Positions 23,102 to 35,400 of a DNA stretch of 64,000 bases are shown here, piece by piece. The stretch is from the NCBI GenBank assembly GCA_963777605.1, contig CAVZRV010000007.1, forward strand, positions 1,024,001-1,088,000. The letters run 5' to 3'. Made by a program: the position numbers and the translations under genes. Under the pieces are notes generated by a model, which had not been told where the DNA came from, did no database searches, and saw only the letters and a list, made by a program, of their open reading frames with translations. Position 1 is the stretch's first letter. The number at the start of each line of letters is the position of its first letter. Origin of the DNA: an uncultured Acidobacteriota bacterium. GTDB lineage: Bacteria; Acidobacteriota; UBA6911; RPQK01; JAPXNP01.

Positions 23102-23326
23102 ATGCCTTTAGATCTTAAGGACTTAGAGGAGTTGCGTTGCCCCGAGTGCCATAAGCCACTGGTAATAGTTCCCGTTGAGGGATGCACAGACAAGTTCCGC
23201 TTCCTTGGGTGTGCATGTCCTGACAAGGAGGAGTTCTTCTTGCCTCCAACAATCGCGTTCGGACCCAAGCGGGGTCCAATGTTCCTTTATGTCCCCAAAA
23301 AGGATTCCGAGGTTGCTGCTGACTGA
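23102..23326 (+). CDS. Small Cys-rich hypothetical protein
   Basis: AAGGAG RBS; CPEC and CACP motifs. Confidence 0.45.
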   Translation: MPLDLKDLEELRCPECHKPLVIVPVEGCTDKFRFLGCACPDKEEFFLPPTIAFGPKRGPMFLYVPKKDSEVAAD

Positions 23327-23875
23327 GATCTGCTGCGCAGTGAATGCGAGATTGCAGCTCTCAATCCAGCTGGTGCGTAGCAGTGTGCAGTCCGCGCAGT
23401 GAGTAGTGGTTCGCTTCTGTGGGGCCAACTATTCGTCGATAATCCGGGTGGCTCTGATCGATATAGTGCAGGTGCAAGGAGAGTGCACAAATGCCCAGAA
23501 AAGCAACTTCGCCCACGTTGAGCTAAAGGTCCTGTTAAAGTCTCGCAGGCGATGCGCTCAGTGCGTTGGGCTACACCAGAGACTCGAAGTGAAACAGAGC
23601 GAGTCCGCACATCGACAGAAACGCACAGCACTGCTCGGTAGATAACCTCGCCTTCCTCTGCCTTGCACATCACGACGAGTATGACAGCAAAACCAGCCAA
23701 TCAAAGGGAATCACCAGCAAGAGCTAAAACAGTACCGAGACCAGCTCTACGAGGATCTCGAATCTGAGGAACAGTTTTCTTGGCCCGACTCCCCTTTCGC
23801 CCAACACGAGAAAGGGCCTCCTGAAAGCCTCGTGCCAATAGCCTGTACGATCAACAAATAGCAGTCTATCGAGTA

Positions 23876-24271
23876 GTGCGGGAGTTTCTCGGTGAGATAT
23901 ATCGTCGAGCGACAATTACTAGGGAACAGCTTGCACGATACAATCATGGAATTGATGAAGCATTGTTCCTTTTCCGCAGTAACGAGTTCACTGCGTACTT
24001 AACGGAATTGGCGAACAAGGCCATACGGCTGATGCATACACACGAAAGACTTGAAGATCAGACCTTGCCGGTGAGTGAGCGGCGCACCGATTTTGCAGAA
24101 GAGAATGCACACTTACTCGAGTGGTTTTCGGAGCAGTTTGAGGTTGTTCGGCAGAAATTCTATGAACAGATTCTGGGAGTCCCCAAGTCGAATCCTTGGA
24201 GCAGTCTCAGCGAATCCTCTCAGATCGGGACACAGACGACATACCGTTCTTTTCAGATACTATCTGCCTAA
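23876..24271 (+). pseudogene. Hypothetical helical protein, 5' part degraded
   Basis: Protein-like stretch VREFLGEI..EALFLF..LLEWFSEQ with no clean start. Confidence 0.45.
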
Positions 24272-24959
24272 CGGCTGGGCAGAACGACCAATTCGTTGAA
24301 TTTCTAGAGGCAAATTGTGGCCGGATAGTTTACTTGAATGCCAGCTCGATTTCTCAGTCTCAACTGAAGAACAGCATGAGCTGGCTCGAAGGGAAGGGCT
24401 TGGGTCGATTGTCGATGTCTATGAGAAGTTGCAGGATCACGCTGTCGTTGCATGAGCGGCAGGGCAGGTCATTTATCCTGCAGTTCCGCTTCCTCGCGAA
24501 TCATCAGCTGAATACTTCAGCTGGGGGACTGGGATCTGTACTGCAGAGCCACCGGTTTCTTTGATCTCTCGCGCACATTTCACAGCGGTCTGACGGTTGT
24601 GTTCCACTTGTTGAGGCTCCTTTGATCTCAAGGTCGTATGCTAAATAGTACGAGAAATTTGCGTCGCCTCCACAGTCTGGACTGCCGAGAACAGCTGTTC
24701 GCTAGCTGAGACTACGCAAAAATACGCTTGAGCGTGTTCAATTGAGGTCAACTAGGTTATCGTGAGTCTTCGTGAGCTTGAATGAGAGCTGGTATCGGTA
24801 GAAGTCGATGTTAGTGGTTACGCGAAGGGCACGACGCAACGCAGGTATCTTCCATTGCGATGATGACTCTCTCACGGACTGATTGGGCTCAGCAAGTTCA
24901 TCAGCGAGGTAACATATAGCGTTGAATTTGGCAACTACACGTCGGAGGCTTGACTTTCT

Positions 24960-25351
<392 letters not shown>

Positions 25352-25544
25352 TGTATGAAGCTGCTGTCATGACACTGATCGGAGTAAATGTATCTGAGAC
25401 TCGGCATCACTCCGCAGTAGAGAATCGCGGTGATCATCTCTCGTCCCTCGATCGAATCGCAGGCGATCAGCACTTGCCTCAATTGCCTCGCTGGAGCTTC
25501 CGCCAGCGACCGAAGGACATATGCCAGTTCAAAAGCCAGCACTT

Positions 25545-26467
25545 TTAGACCTGGAAGACCTGCGCGTTGCGCCACTCCAGCAATGCTGGATCGGGCGAGT
25601 CTTCGGGTAAATCTGGGTTCGGATTCGTCGACCGTGGAACGGTTGGGAAGAACAGCCATTAGAAAAGTCCGCTTCGAGCATGGGACGATCTCAAAACGAT
25701 GGTCGGTCGTGATGGTGACGTAGCCCTTGTCGAAGAGTCCGTGGATGTCCGAACGGAGGAGCAGGCCGTTGGAGACCCGGTGCACTCCGCCAAGGTGGTA
25801 AGGGCGGATATGTCCGGCGTCGAGCGCGGGAAGGGAATGCTCCCGAGTGACCGCACAGGCCCGGCCATAGGCATCGAGAACGCTGGCCCGGAAAATTCCT
25901 TGGCCAATTCGGGGCCGGATCAGCTGGGGATCACCATATCGAGACTCCACGCTGGCAACTTCTGCGTCAATCATTCGGGACTGCGTAACTGCCCGGCAAT
26001 GGTCCCAGATCCGCTTACCCTCACCAGATGGCCAAATCGTATCCGGCACCTTGGACGGTCTGTCGCTCCCAATCTTCGGGCTGGGGAATCCATACGGAGC
26101 GGTGGAAGAAGATCGGCTCGGCGATCATCAGGCATCCGATCTCATATCGGTCATCGTGGGCACGGTTCGTGGATTTCCGGTATTTCTCGATCCGGCGGAC
26201 CATATCCTCGTAGTTGGCAGCACCGTTCGCAAGATCGAAGTCGTCCCACGCCAGCTAAGCAGGAAGCACCGTCTTACGGATGAAGTATCCGAACCCTGCG
26301 ATGGCATAGTAGGGTTTCTTCAACTTGAAGAAGAAGGGGGCTCCGGGCGGGACAGCCTGGAATGGTCGAGTGTCGGACGGCTGCCAGAAGTTGACCTCCT
26401 CAAGCCTGGTTTGGGCCAAGAGGAAGCGGTACCAGTCGTGGTCGGTGTTGGGGATGTACCCCTTCAT
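25545..26467 (-). pseudogene. HNH endonuclease (putative restriction enzyme), with internal stop and frameshifts
   Basis: NTDHDWY..EVNFWQPS N-domain; GQGIFR..VLDAYG..CAVT..AGHIRPY..NGLLLRSDIHGLFD HNH domain; TAG at about 26255. Confidence 0.8.
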
Positions 26468-26796
26468 GCGGACAGCAGGCTCAGCATAGGGTTTCACTCC
26501 AGCATTGGCAAGTGTTGGACCACCACTAATGGGTTCCTGGAGGCGAAGCCCCACTGCCGATCCGTCAGCTTTCAGCAGGTCCTTGTTTCGGAGCGACTTC
26601 ACAGAACGTGAGCACGTAACCAGGAGGACTTGATCTCCTCCGCCGGAGGGACTAGGCTGATTGTATAACTTGGTCGGTGCTGACCGGTCTCCGCCGGTTC
26701 TCCTGATCCAGCTCTGATACGTTTTCGCAATTCAACCGGACGAGGCCAGCCGACACTGTCCGCAAACCTGCCATTTCTTATGTGGAGGAGAGATCA

Positions 26797-27740
26797 ATGC
26801 GAAAACAACAACTGGGTTGGCTGCTGATCGCGACTGCCGTGCTGGTGCTATGCCTCGGCAGCCTGGTTGCGCAGGGTGTGGGTGAGCCAAATGCCAAGGA
26901 CCGACCCCTTCGGATCCTTACTTACAACATTCATCATGGGACCGGAAACCTGGAGTGCCTGCCTGGCGAGACAACCCCACGAGACTGCGACTTCGACCTG
27001 GCGCGGATCGCCGAAGTCATTCGGTCTCAGGAACCCGATTTGGTCGCGCTCCAAGAGGTCGATCGGTTCTGGGCGCGAAGTGCCTACACTGATCAGCCGG
27101 AACTGCTTACGGATGTGCTTGGAATGAAGGGCTGCTACGGGGCAAACCTGACTCTTTCGCCCGATGCGGAGTCCGACATGCCACGCCAGTACGGCGTTCT
27201 GATTCTCAGCCGATTTCCGATCCTCGCATGCGAGAACACGTTCTTGCCGAGTGTGCAGCCTGGTGATCCTCCGGTCGAGCGCGAGCAGCGAGGGTTGCTC
27301 AAAGTGATCGTCAACGTTCGAGGCGTGCCACTTACTTTTTATGATACGCACCTGGAGCACACGAGCACTTACCAGGATGTCCGCGCTGCCCAAGTCGAAG
27401 CGATCTATCAGTTGGTCGGGAACTTCAATGGACCGACAATTCTGGCTGGGGACCTTAACGCCGAGCCGGATGCCCTGAACTGGCACCTTTGTTCTCCCTG
27501 TTCCTGGATTCCTGGGTGCTCGGAGGAGATGGCGGAGAGGGATTCACCTATTCGGCAGACCCTGCCGAAGACCTTGACCGTCGGATCGACTATGTACTCG
27601 TCTCGGAGGATGTTTCGGTTCTAGAGACGACGGTAGTGAACAATGAGCTGATGGGCATCGCCTCGGATCACTTCCCGGTTCGAGTGGACGTCGAGTTGCC
27701 TGGATCTGCCGTGGGCATCGGACTCGGTCACCGAAAGTAG
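26797..27740 (+). pseudogene. Secreted endonuclease/exonuclease/phosphatase family protein, single frameshift near 27475
   Basis: Signal peptide, TYNIHHG, ALQEVD, THL and GDLNA in one frame; RIDYV and SDHFPV in the next frame. Confidence 0.85.
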
Positions 27741-28046
27741 GCTTGGACCAGTCGCTGACACCGGTGCTAAGGACTTGGTGTCCTGCAAAGCGAACTTCTG
27801 ACTGCTGTTGGGACAATTGTGGGGGCCTCGATGATTTGCGGACGGATACCCTCAGAGAATCCGAGGCTCCACTCCCACGACTTGCGATCGATGGTGCATA
27901 ACCAAGGCGCAGGTCCAGGAATGGTCGAACAAGCCGGACTGTCGGAGAGGTAGCTCAGAGGTCTAAACGGGTTAGCGACCAGTCCCGCAAGAATTGTCCA
28001 CTCGTTGGATTCAATCCGCAGCACACCCGTTCAGCGGCAATTCTGC

Positions 28047-28070
28047 ATGTATCCACTTTTGTGTATCCGC
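28047..28070 (+). repeat. Paired TGTATCC motif, putative arm-type site
   Basis: ATGTATCCACTTTTGTGTATCCGC. Confidence 0.55.
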
Positions 28071-28157
28071 CTCAGTTGATGAAGTGAGGGTGGATATTTT
28101 TCCGTATTTTCCCCGGAGGAACCGCTGGCCGGAAGGCGGTAGTGTAGATCTGTTGTC

Positions 28158-28382
28158 ATGAAATCTGCCGAGAATTCAACGCAACTTCTGGAGCTAGCCA
28201 TCAAATTGGCCGCTCGACACGACCTCCCGGTGCCAGAAGTCCTCGCATTCTTATCATCGAAGGAAGCCCAAGATAGATGTTCAGGTCTGAGAAGCCTTTT
28301 CCACACTCGGCAGCGGAGGAACGGGAAGCAAACTCCTGAAAGTTCTTCTCTTCATCACCTGCGCCTGCCCCAGCGAACCTGA
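28158..28382 (+). CDS. Small hypothetical protein near attR
   Basis: 74-aa ATG ORF lying between two arm-like site pairs. Confidence 0.3.
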   Translation: MKSAENSTQLLELAIKLAARHDLPVPEVLAFLSSKEAQDRCSGLRSLFHTRQRRNGKQTPESSSLHHLRLPQRT

Positions 28383-28431
28383 TGTTGCTCCGCAAGAGTC
28401 CAAGCCCTGCGCTCCTCCACTGACCTCCAAA

Positions 28432-28453
28432 GATGTATCCGTTTTGTATCCGC
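28432..28453 (+). repeat. Paired TGTATCCG motif, putative arm-type site
   Basis: GATGTATCCGTTTTGTATCCGC, about 110 bp inside attR. Confidence 0.7.
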
Positions 28454-28563
28454 GCCAGTTGGTAAGTAGTGGTAAATTCCTTGGGTCTGACCTGTCCACT
28501 GATCCCTTTAAATGATTGTTGAATCAGGGTTTTGGTTAGCTTTGGGAACCTGCGGTTCCCGAA

Positions 28564-28622
28564 CTTGAAAACCGCTGTACGGGTAACCGTACCGTGGGTT
28601 CGAATCCCACCCCCTCCGCCAA
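28564..28622 (+). repeat. attR (duplicated 3' part of tRNA-Ser)
   Basis: 59-bp identity with 15294-15352; lacks the 5' half of the tRNA. Confidence 0.95.
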
Positions 28623-28802
28623 AATTCGCACTTCCCACTTCGTTCTCGCAATTCGAAATCGTCATTCGTCCTCGCCGTTTGCGTTTTGGAAGCGGGAAAC
28701 GGGAGGTTTCGGGTTCCTCGTTTCGGGACGTGGACTTCGGTGCGTGTTGCCTAACAGCCGATGGGAACCCTGAGACACGGTTCCGGGTTTCTGGTTCCTG
28801 GC

Positions 28803-28900
28803 GTAATCCAGGCAGCCATGCCTGAGATCTCTCCCGGGCAGCCTGCTCGCTCCAAGGTAATCCAGGCAGCCTTGCCTGAGATGTCGGCCGGGCAGCCTGC
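28803..28900 (+). repeat. Two 44-bp REP-like palindromic units at 54-bp period
   Basis: GTAATCCAGGCAGCCWTGCCTGAGAT...CCGGGCAGCCTGC at 28803-28846 and 28857-28900. Confidence 0.75.
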
Positions 28901-29805
28901 CCGGCGGAAGGGATCATGGTCAATCCAGATTGCTTGATTTCCGGGTTGACCTGAAACGGCACGCCACCGGGATTGAATCGCACTTTCGGTGCTGCATTCC
29001 CACCGGGCTGAAAATGACCCTGCGCCGTTGGCGCGTCTCGGGCAACGCGGGTCCAGTTTTACTCTTTGAATGATTCGCCTTGATCCTTCCGGTGCCGCCT
29101 ACTATGCTACGAATCGCTCCGCGGACGTTCGCCATGAAACGAGGGACGACTGGATCTGTTGTTGTCGGTTTCTTCCTCTTCCTGCTCTTCTTTGCCTTAA
29201 TCTGTCCCGCTTTTCTTCAATCCCAACATCGCAGTGGAACCCTCGTTAGCCGGTGGACTTCGTCAAGGCAAGTTTGGTAGTGGCATCGAGAAGTACACCA
29301 CCATTCCTTTGGCGGGCCAGACGCTCAGCCAATGCTCATATATTGGAGTGAGATCATCGGGTGCCTTGCTCAGAAACTCCTGCTGAGTTGTCTTACCTTT
29401 AGATTGGATCGATGTTCCAGTTTCTTCCGCTGCCACGACGACTTTGGGTCGTTCAGTTACGTACTGAACTTTGATGACTCCCCTGGTTTTCTCAACGGTC
29501 CGACTCACCGGCTCCACGGCGGGTGAGGAGTTGCCCACTCCAGGACGACGCCTCCCTGTCGTACCGGACAAAATTCTCGGTCCAAAGGTTCGCCAGCCCC
29601 TGTTCGTCACAAAGGGCTGTCGAGCGAGGCCTCACTGTAGACGAATCCTCTCTTGCTTCCACCAGGAAGAACCGCGGTATGGGCAGGAAGTCGCGGCCTC
29701 ACGTGCAGCCGCAATCCTGGAATTTCCACTTCGGTGGCGCTATCCATATACTGGGATTGAGCTTTTACCGTTGACGTTCTTTTCCTACTTCCGTATCCAA
29801 AGCAG

Positions 29806-31218
29806 ATGAAAGTTATGTTGCCATGGTACAAAGCGGCGATTACACTTTCTCGCCTCCTCATCATTGTTGTGCTTTCCTTGGGAAGCTGTGCGCGCTACAA
29901 ACCGGCACCGATCGATCGACCCCATGTCGAGAAAGAGTTAGCTCCTCTCTCCGACGATCAGATTGAAATTGAGGCGAAGTCAATCGTGCACCCCATTCTC
30001 GAGCCGTTGGAGATCGACTTGGGCGACGGTTTGTCTCCGGACGAGGCCGCGCTCGTCGCAGTCCTGGTCAATCCGACGCTCCAGGGAGTTCGAGACCAAA
30101 GAGGCATCGCTGCGGCTCAGTTGCTGCAAGCCGGAATTCTGCCCAATCCACAGCTTTCGTCCAACCTCGACGTGCCTGCCGGCGGGAGTACGCAGGGAAC
30201 GGTAACGGGCCTGGGTACCGTTCTGGATTACGCCTTTTCAGAGCTCTTGACTCGACAGCTGGCAATCCAGGCAGCCCAGGCCGGAGCGGATTCGGTCGAA
30301 CTCTCCGTGGCCTGGCAGGAATGGCAGGTAGCCGAATCCGCCAAGCTTCGCGTTTATAGGGTTACGTTCCTGGATCGACAGGCTGCGGTGGCCGCCGATG
30401 AGGTAGCGGGACTCCGGGAGAATCTGGCTACAGTACAAAAAGCAGTTGATTCCGGAGATATGACGATCATCAACCAGTCGGCGGCCAAGGCGGCTCTAGA
30501 AGACGCGCGGGTGTCGCATCTCATGATCAAACAAGAGCAGTCACAGGAAAAGTTGGCGTTAAACGAATCCCTCGGGTTTTCCCCTGACCGACCTGTGAAG
30601 CTTCAGTCCAGGATCGATCCTCCCAATGCTGTGGGACTCCCGAGCCTGGAAGCTGTGCTGGACAAGATGGAGGAGCGACGGCTTGACCTACTCGCGCTCA
30701 AGAAGGGCTACCAAAGCCAGGATACCCGCCTCAGGATCGCGATCCGCAACCAGTTCCCGAAGCTCAGCCTCGGGTTCTCTGAACAGCGAGATACCGGGAA
30801 TGTTGTGACATCGGGTTTCGGGATCTCAATCAGCCTTCCGTTTTTCAATCGCAATCAAGGCCAGATTGCATTTATGGAAGCATCCCGAAAGCAGTTGTTC
30901 GACGAGTACGTCGGACGGGTTTTCGAAGCGCGAGCCCAGGTTGCCCGCATCGTGGCCAACATTTCGTCGCTCACGGAACGTTTAAACGCTGCCGAGGACT
31001 CGGTTGATACCCTGCAAGAGCTAGTGCAGACCTACCGGCAAGCCCTTTTGGAAGGAAGTGTCGATGTCTTGAGTTATTACAGAGCCCGGAACGAGTGGTT
31101 CACCAGGCGGATCGAGGTGATCCGTTTGAAACGGGATCTTGCGGATCAAATTGTCGCCCTCGAAATTGCTTCGGGCTACTACCTGGATCATTCTTCCGGC
31201 GTGAAGGGGACTCCATGA
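29806..31218 (+). CDS. TolC family outer-membrane efflux lipoprotein
   Basis: Lipobox (LGSC), AGILPNPQL and ISLPFFNRNQGQI motifs. Confidence 0.88.
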   Translation: MKVMLPWYKAAITLSRLLIIVVLSLGSCARYKPAPIDRPHVEKELAPLSDDQIEIEAKSIVHPILEPLEIDLGDGLSPDEAALVAVLVNPTLQGVRDQRGIAAAQLLQAGILPNPQLSSNLDVPAGGSTQGTVTGLGTVLDYAFSELLTRQLAIQAAQAGADSVELSVAWQEWQVAESAKLRVYRVTFLDRQAAVAADEVAGLRENLATVQKAVDSGDMTIINQSAAKAALEDARVSHLMIKQEQSQEKLALNESLGFSPDRPVKLQSRIDPPNAVGLPSLEAVLDKMEERRLDLLALKKGYQSQDTRLRIAIRNQFPKLSLGFSEQRDTGNVVTSGFGISISLPFFNRNQGQIAFMEASRKQLFDEYVGRVFEARAQVARIVANISSLTERLNAAEDSVDTLQELVQTYRQALLEGSVDVLSYYRARNEWFTRRIEVIRLKRDLADQIVALEIASGYYLDHSSGVKGTP

Positions 31219-32321
31219 AGCACTGGAAAGCGGCCATACCGGTCCTGCTCGTTCTCTGTGCTGCCTCCTACGGTATTTATCGTCACTTCTTGGAAGGCAG
31301 TTCCACTGCTCCCAAGTCTGGCGGGTCAAATTCCTCACAGCACTCACCAACGCCTCCAAAACCGGTTGCTCGAGTCAAGACTATGTTGCTGCGAAAAGGG
31401 GTCATCAACGAAGTCCTGACCGTGTACGGTTCGGTTGTGCCGGCTCCGGGTGCATTAAAGACCCTCTCTGTTCCTTACGAGTCTCAGGTGAAGCGGATCC
31501 TGGTCAGCAAAGGTCAGCAGGTATCAGAGGGGGAGCCTTTGGTTGAAGTAGAACCGAGCCCGGATACTTACCTGCAATTGCGCCAGGCACGTGACAATGC
31601 ACAGGTCGCGCGCCAGAGCCTGGATTATATGCAGCGGCGTTTCGACCTGAAGTTAGCGACCAACGACCAGTTGCTCCAGGCTAAGCAGGCGTTTAGCCAG
31701 GCCCAGCTCACACTTCAGAGTATGGTCGACAGAGGAGTGGACGGCCGCAAAGAGCTGAAGTCGGATATCGCTGGCCTTGTCGCTCAGATTTTTGTTCAGG
31801 AGGGAGCCATTGTTCCAGCTGGTCAGCGGATGATGGAGACCGTCGCCCAAGGCCGTCTCGAAATTAGGCTGGGAGTGGAACCGGAGGACATCAGCCATGT
31901 GAAGGTGGGTGGGCCGGTTTCACTATCCGATGTCAATGTGCCGGTGGCCAAGGCAACGGCTGGGCGAATCCGGACGATCTCTCAGGCAGTGAATCCTGCC
32001 ACGCGACTCGTCGACGTTTTTGTGGAGTTTTCTTCAGCCGGATCGTTCCTGATGGAAGAGTACATTCTGGGGAGAATCACGATTGCCTCGGGTAGTGGTT
32101 TGATTGCCCCTCGGTCGGCTGTCCTTCCGGAAGACAACCACTACACATTGTTCACGGTCAACCAACAGAGAGCCGTAAAGCACGAAGTCAAGGTCGGGTT
32201 GGAGAACGATAAAGAAGTGCAGGTGCTCGGACCGAATTTGAAAGAAGGCCAGGATGTCGTGATCCTCGGAAACTATGTCCTCACGGACGGTATGGCAGTC
32301 GAGATTCAGCCCGGTTCATAG
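31215..32321 (+). CDS. RND efflux periplasmic adaptor subunit
   Basis: N-terminal anchor, lipoyl-like halves (GQQVSEGEPL, VQEGAIV) and PRSAV motif. Confidence 0.9.
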   Translation: MKHWKAAIPVLLVLCAASYGIYRHFLEGSSTAPKSGGSNSSQHSPTPPKPVARVKTMLLRKGVINEVLTVYGSVVPAPGALKTLSVPYESQVKRILVSKGQQVSEGEPLVEVEPSPDTYLQLRQARDNAQVARQSLDYMQRRFDLKLATNDQLLQAKQAFSQAQLTLQSMVDRGVDGRKELKSDIAGLVAQIFVQEGAIVPAGQRMMETVAQGRLEIRLGVEPEDISHVKVGGPVSLSDVNVPVAKATAGRIRTISQAVNPATRLVDVFVEFSSAGSFLMEEYILGRITIASGSGLIAPRSAVLPEDNHYTLFTVNQQRAVKHEVKVGLENDKEVQVLGPNLKEGQDVVILGNYVLTDGMAVEIQPGS

Positions 32322-32405
32322 GCGCATGTGCTCGAAAGGCGATTGTGGGGTTCGGCAGGGATCGGTCTTGTGTCGAGGTGATGCCCCGGAAATCAGGCTT
32401 GATAG

Positions 32406-35400
32406 ATGAATGTAACCAAGTGGATCCAGGAGCACCAGCGCTCAATTCTATTTCTCTTGCTCCTTCTCGTTGCAGGAGGGGTTCTGAGCGCGTTGAGGCT
32501 TCCGGTCGCCCTGTTTCCGCACGTTAATTTCCCCCGAATCCAGGTCGCCCTTGACGCCGGGGATCGCCCTGCAGACAGAATGGGAGTGGAGGTCACGTTC
32601 CCTGTCGAGGAGGCGGTTAGGGCCGTCCCCGGGGTCCGTCGGGTGAGGTCCACGACGAGCCGGGGAGGTGCCGATATCTCCATCAATTTCGAGTGGGGCG
32701 AAGACATGATGACCGCCATGCTGCAAGTGGAATCGGCGATCAATCAAGTCCTCTCGACTCTGCCTGCTGGTACCAGGTTCACGGTCCGCCGCATGGATCC
32801 CACGGTCTTTCCGGTGCTCGCCTACAGTCTGAGATCTGATTCCCATACGTTGGTTGAGCTTCGTGACATTGCCGTGTATCAGCTGAGGCCGATTCTCTCC
32901 ACCGTAAATGGCGTTGCCAGTATCGGTGTTCTGGGAGGGGCCCAGGAAGAGTACCGGGTCACTGTCGATCGCTCAAAGCTCGCCTCGTTCGGACTGTCTC
33001 TCGGCGATGTTGCCCGAGCCCTGTCGGCTTCCAACGTGATCACCGCAGTCGGACGGCTGGAACAGCATTACAAGCTTTACCTGGTTGTCTCGGATACCCG
33101 GTTCAGAAGCCTCGCGCAGATCAGGGAGACGGTTCTTCGTTCCGGGGAGAACGGGATCGTACAGCTCGATGACGTGGCCAATGTAAGCCGGGAGACGGCA
33201 CCCCACTGGACGCGAGTCACTGCTGATGGCCAAGAGGCTGTCATCTTCCAGGTTTTCCAGCAACCTGGGGGCAACACCGTCCAGATCGCCGGCGAGCTGA
33301 AGTCGAAGTTGGCCGACTTCCGGAGTCGACTTCCATCCGGAATTCACATCGCTAACTGGTACGATCAAAGTCAGTTGATCCTCGCTTCGGCCGGAAGTGT
33401 TCGGGACGCCGTCATCATTGGAGTTGTACTGGCCGCCCTGACCCTGCTTCTTTTTCTCCGAAACCTCAAGATCACGCTGATCGCCATAATCGCGGTGCCC
33501 AGCGTTCTATCTGCAGCTGCACTCTTACTCTATGTCCTCCACAACAGCTTCAACATCATGACCCTGGGCGGCATGGCGGCGGCGGTTGGACTCATCATCG
33601 ACGATACGATCGTAATGCTGGAGCACATTATCCGACGGCTTCGCGGCGACCCGAACCGGCACGAGGGGAGGGTAATGATTGCGGTTCAAGAGTTTACGCG
33701 GCCCCTCGTGGGATCCTCGGCATCCACCGTCATTGTTTTCACTCCATTGGCTTTCCTGTCCGGAGTTACGGGCGCTTTTTTCAAAGCGCTGTCCCTTACA
33801 ATGGCTTCGAGCCTGATCATCTCTTTTTTTGTAGCCTGGCTCGCGGTTCCGCTGTTGGCGAACCATTGGCTTGGCGAAAAAGATGCCCGCCAGAGGGAGG
33901 CGGGACTGGTCACTCACTGGCTGCACGGAATCTACAAGCGTGGCATGACGCCGCTGTTGCGTTATCCCTGGCTGGTTGTTCTCCTGATCGTTCCTTTGGC
34001 ACTGGCGGGATGGTTCAGTTACCGTCATTTGGGTTCCGGCTTCATGCCGTCGATGGATGAAGGCGGATTCATTTTGGATTATCGCGCACCCTTTGGAACC
34101 TCTCTGACCGAAACCGATCGGCTGCTTCGACAGGTAGAGCAGATCTTGAAAGCGACTCCCGCGGTTCAAACCTACTCGCGGCGGACCGGCATTCAGCTTG
34201 GTGGGGGGATTACCGAAGCCAATGAAGGCGATTTCTTCGTCCGGCTGAAGCCTTTTCCCAGGGAACCGATCGATTCCGTGATCAATCAGGTCCGCTCCCG
34301 AATCGAGCAATCCGTACCGGGACTGCAGGTCGAGATGGCACAGTTGATGGAGGATCTGATCGGAGACTTGACGTCGGTTCCACAGCCGATTGAGATCAAG
34401 CTTTTCTCCGATGACTCGAGCGAGCTGTACAAAATGGCTCCAAAAGTTGCCCGGGAAATCGAGAAGGTCCAGGGCGTTGTGGACATCAAGGATGGCATCG
34501 TACTTGCCGGAGATGCCATCGATCTCCAAGTCGACCGTGTGAAGGCTTCACTCGAAGGAGTCGATCCCGAATCCGTGACTCAGACTCTGTTCAGCTACTT
34601 GAGCGGATCCGTCACAACCCGGGTTCAGAAAGGGCCGAAAATGGTCGGTGTCCGAGTCTGGATCCCGAAAACTGCTCGCTCAACGGAAGGGAACATTGAA
34701 GAACTACTTCTCCATGCCCCTGACGGCCACCTCTTTCCCGTCAAGCGAGTTGCCACGGTTTCAGTGATCAACGGCCAACGTCAGATCATGCGGGAAGACC
34801 TTAAGCGAATGGTCCCAGTTACGGCACGGATCAGCGGGCGAGACATGGGGTCGGTCGTCAGGGACATCAAGCAGGTTCTTCAGCGCCCGGGCATGTTCCC
34901 GCAATCGGTTTATTACGATTTTGGTGGATTGTACGCACAGCAACAGACGGCATTCGCCGGCCTGCTGATCGTGATCATGGCCGCAATTCTTCTCGTGTTT
35001 CTCCTCCTGCTGTTCCTATACGAGCAGTTCCGCGTTGCACTGGCGATCCTGTTTACAACCCTGACGGCGATGACGGCGGTCTTCATTGGATTGTGGTTGA
35101 CGGGTACACAGATGAACATTTCTTCGATGATGGGAATGACAATGATCGTCGGCATTGTCACCGAGGTCGGCATCTTTTACGTATCCGAGTATTACGATCT
35201 GCCCGGTGACACGACTCGTGCCACAGTTCTGATCGAAGCCGGAGTCAATCGGATGCGACCAATCGCCATGACAACCTGCGCCGCGATCCTGGCGCTGCTC
35301 CCGCTCGCGTTGGGGATCGGACAGGGGGCAGCTATGCAGCAACCGCTGGCGATAGCCATCATTTCTGGTCTGTTGGTCCAGCTTCCCCTGGTTCTCGTAC

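Noticed and set aside
16339-24564. Integron cassette array
   Set aside because: Some cargo resembles cassette-type ORFs, but I found no convincing paired RYYYAAC/GTTRRRY attC sites, and the integrase shows no IntI-specific insertion
28564-28622. Apparent second tRNA-Ser
   Set aside because: It lacks the 5' acceptor strand and D-arm; it is attR
28803-28900. Possible CRISPR mini-array
   Set aside because: Only two units with a 10-bp spacer, and no cas genes in the window
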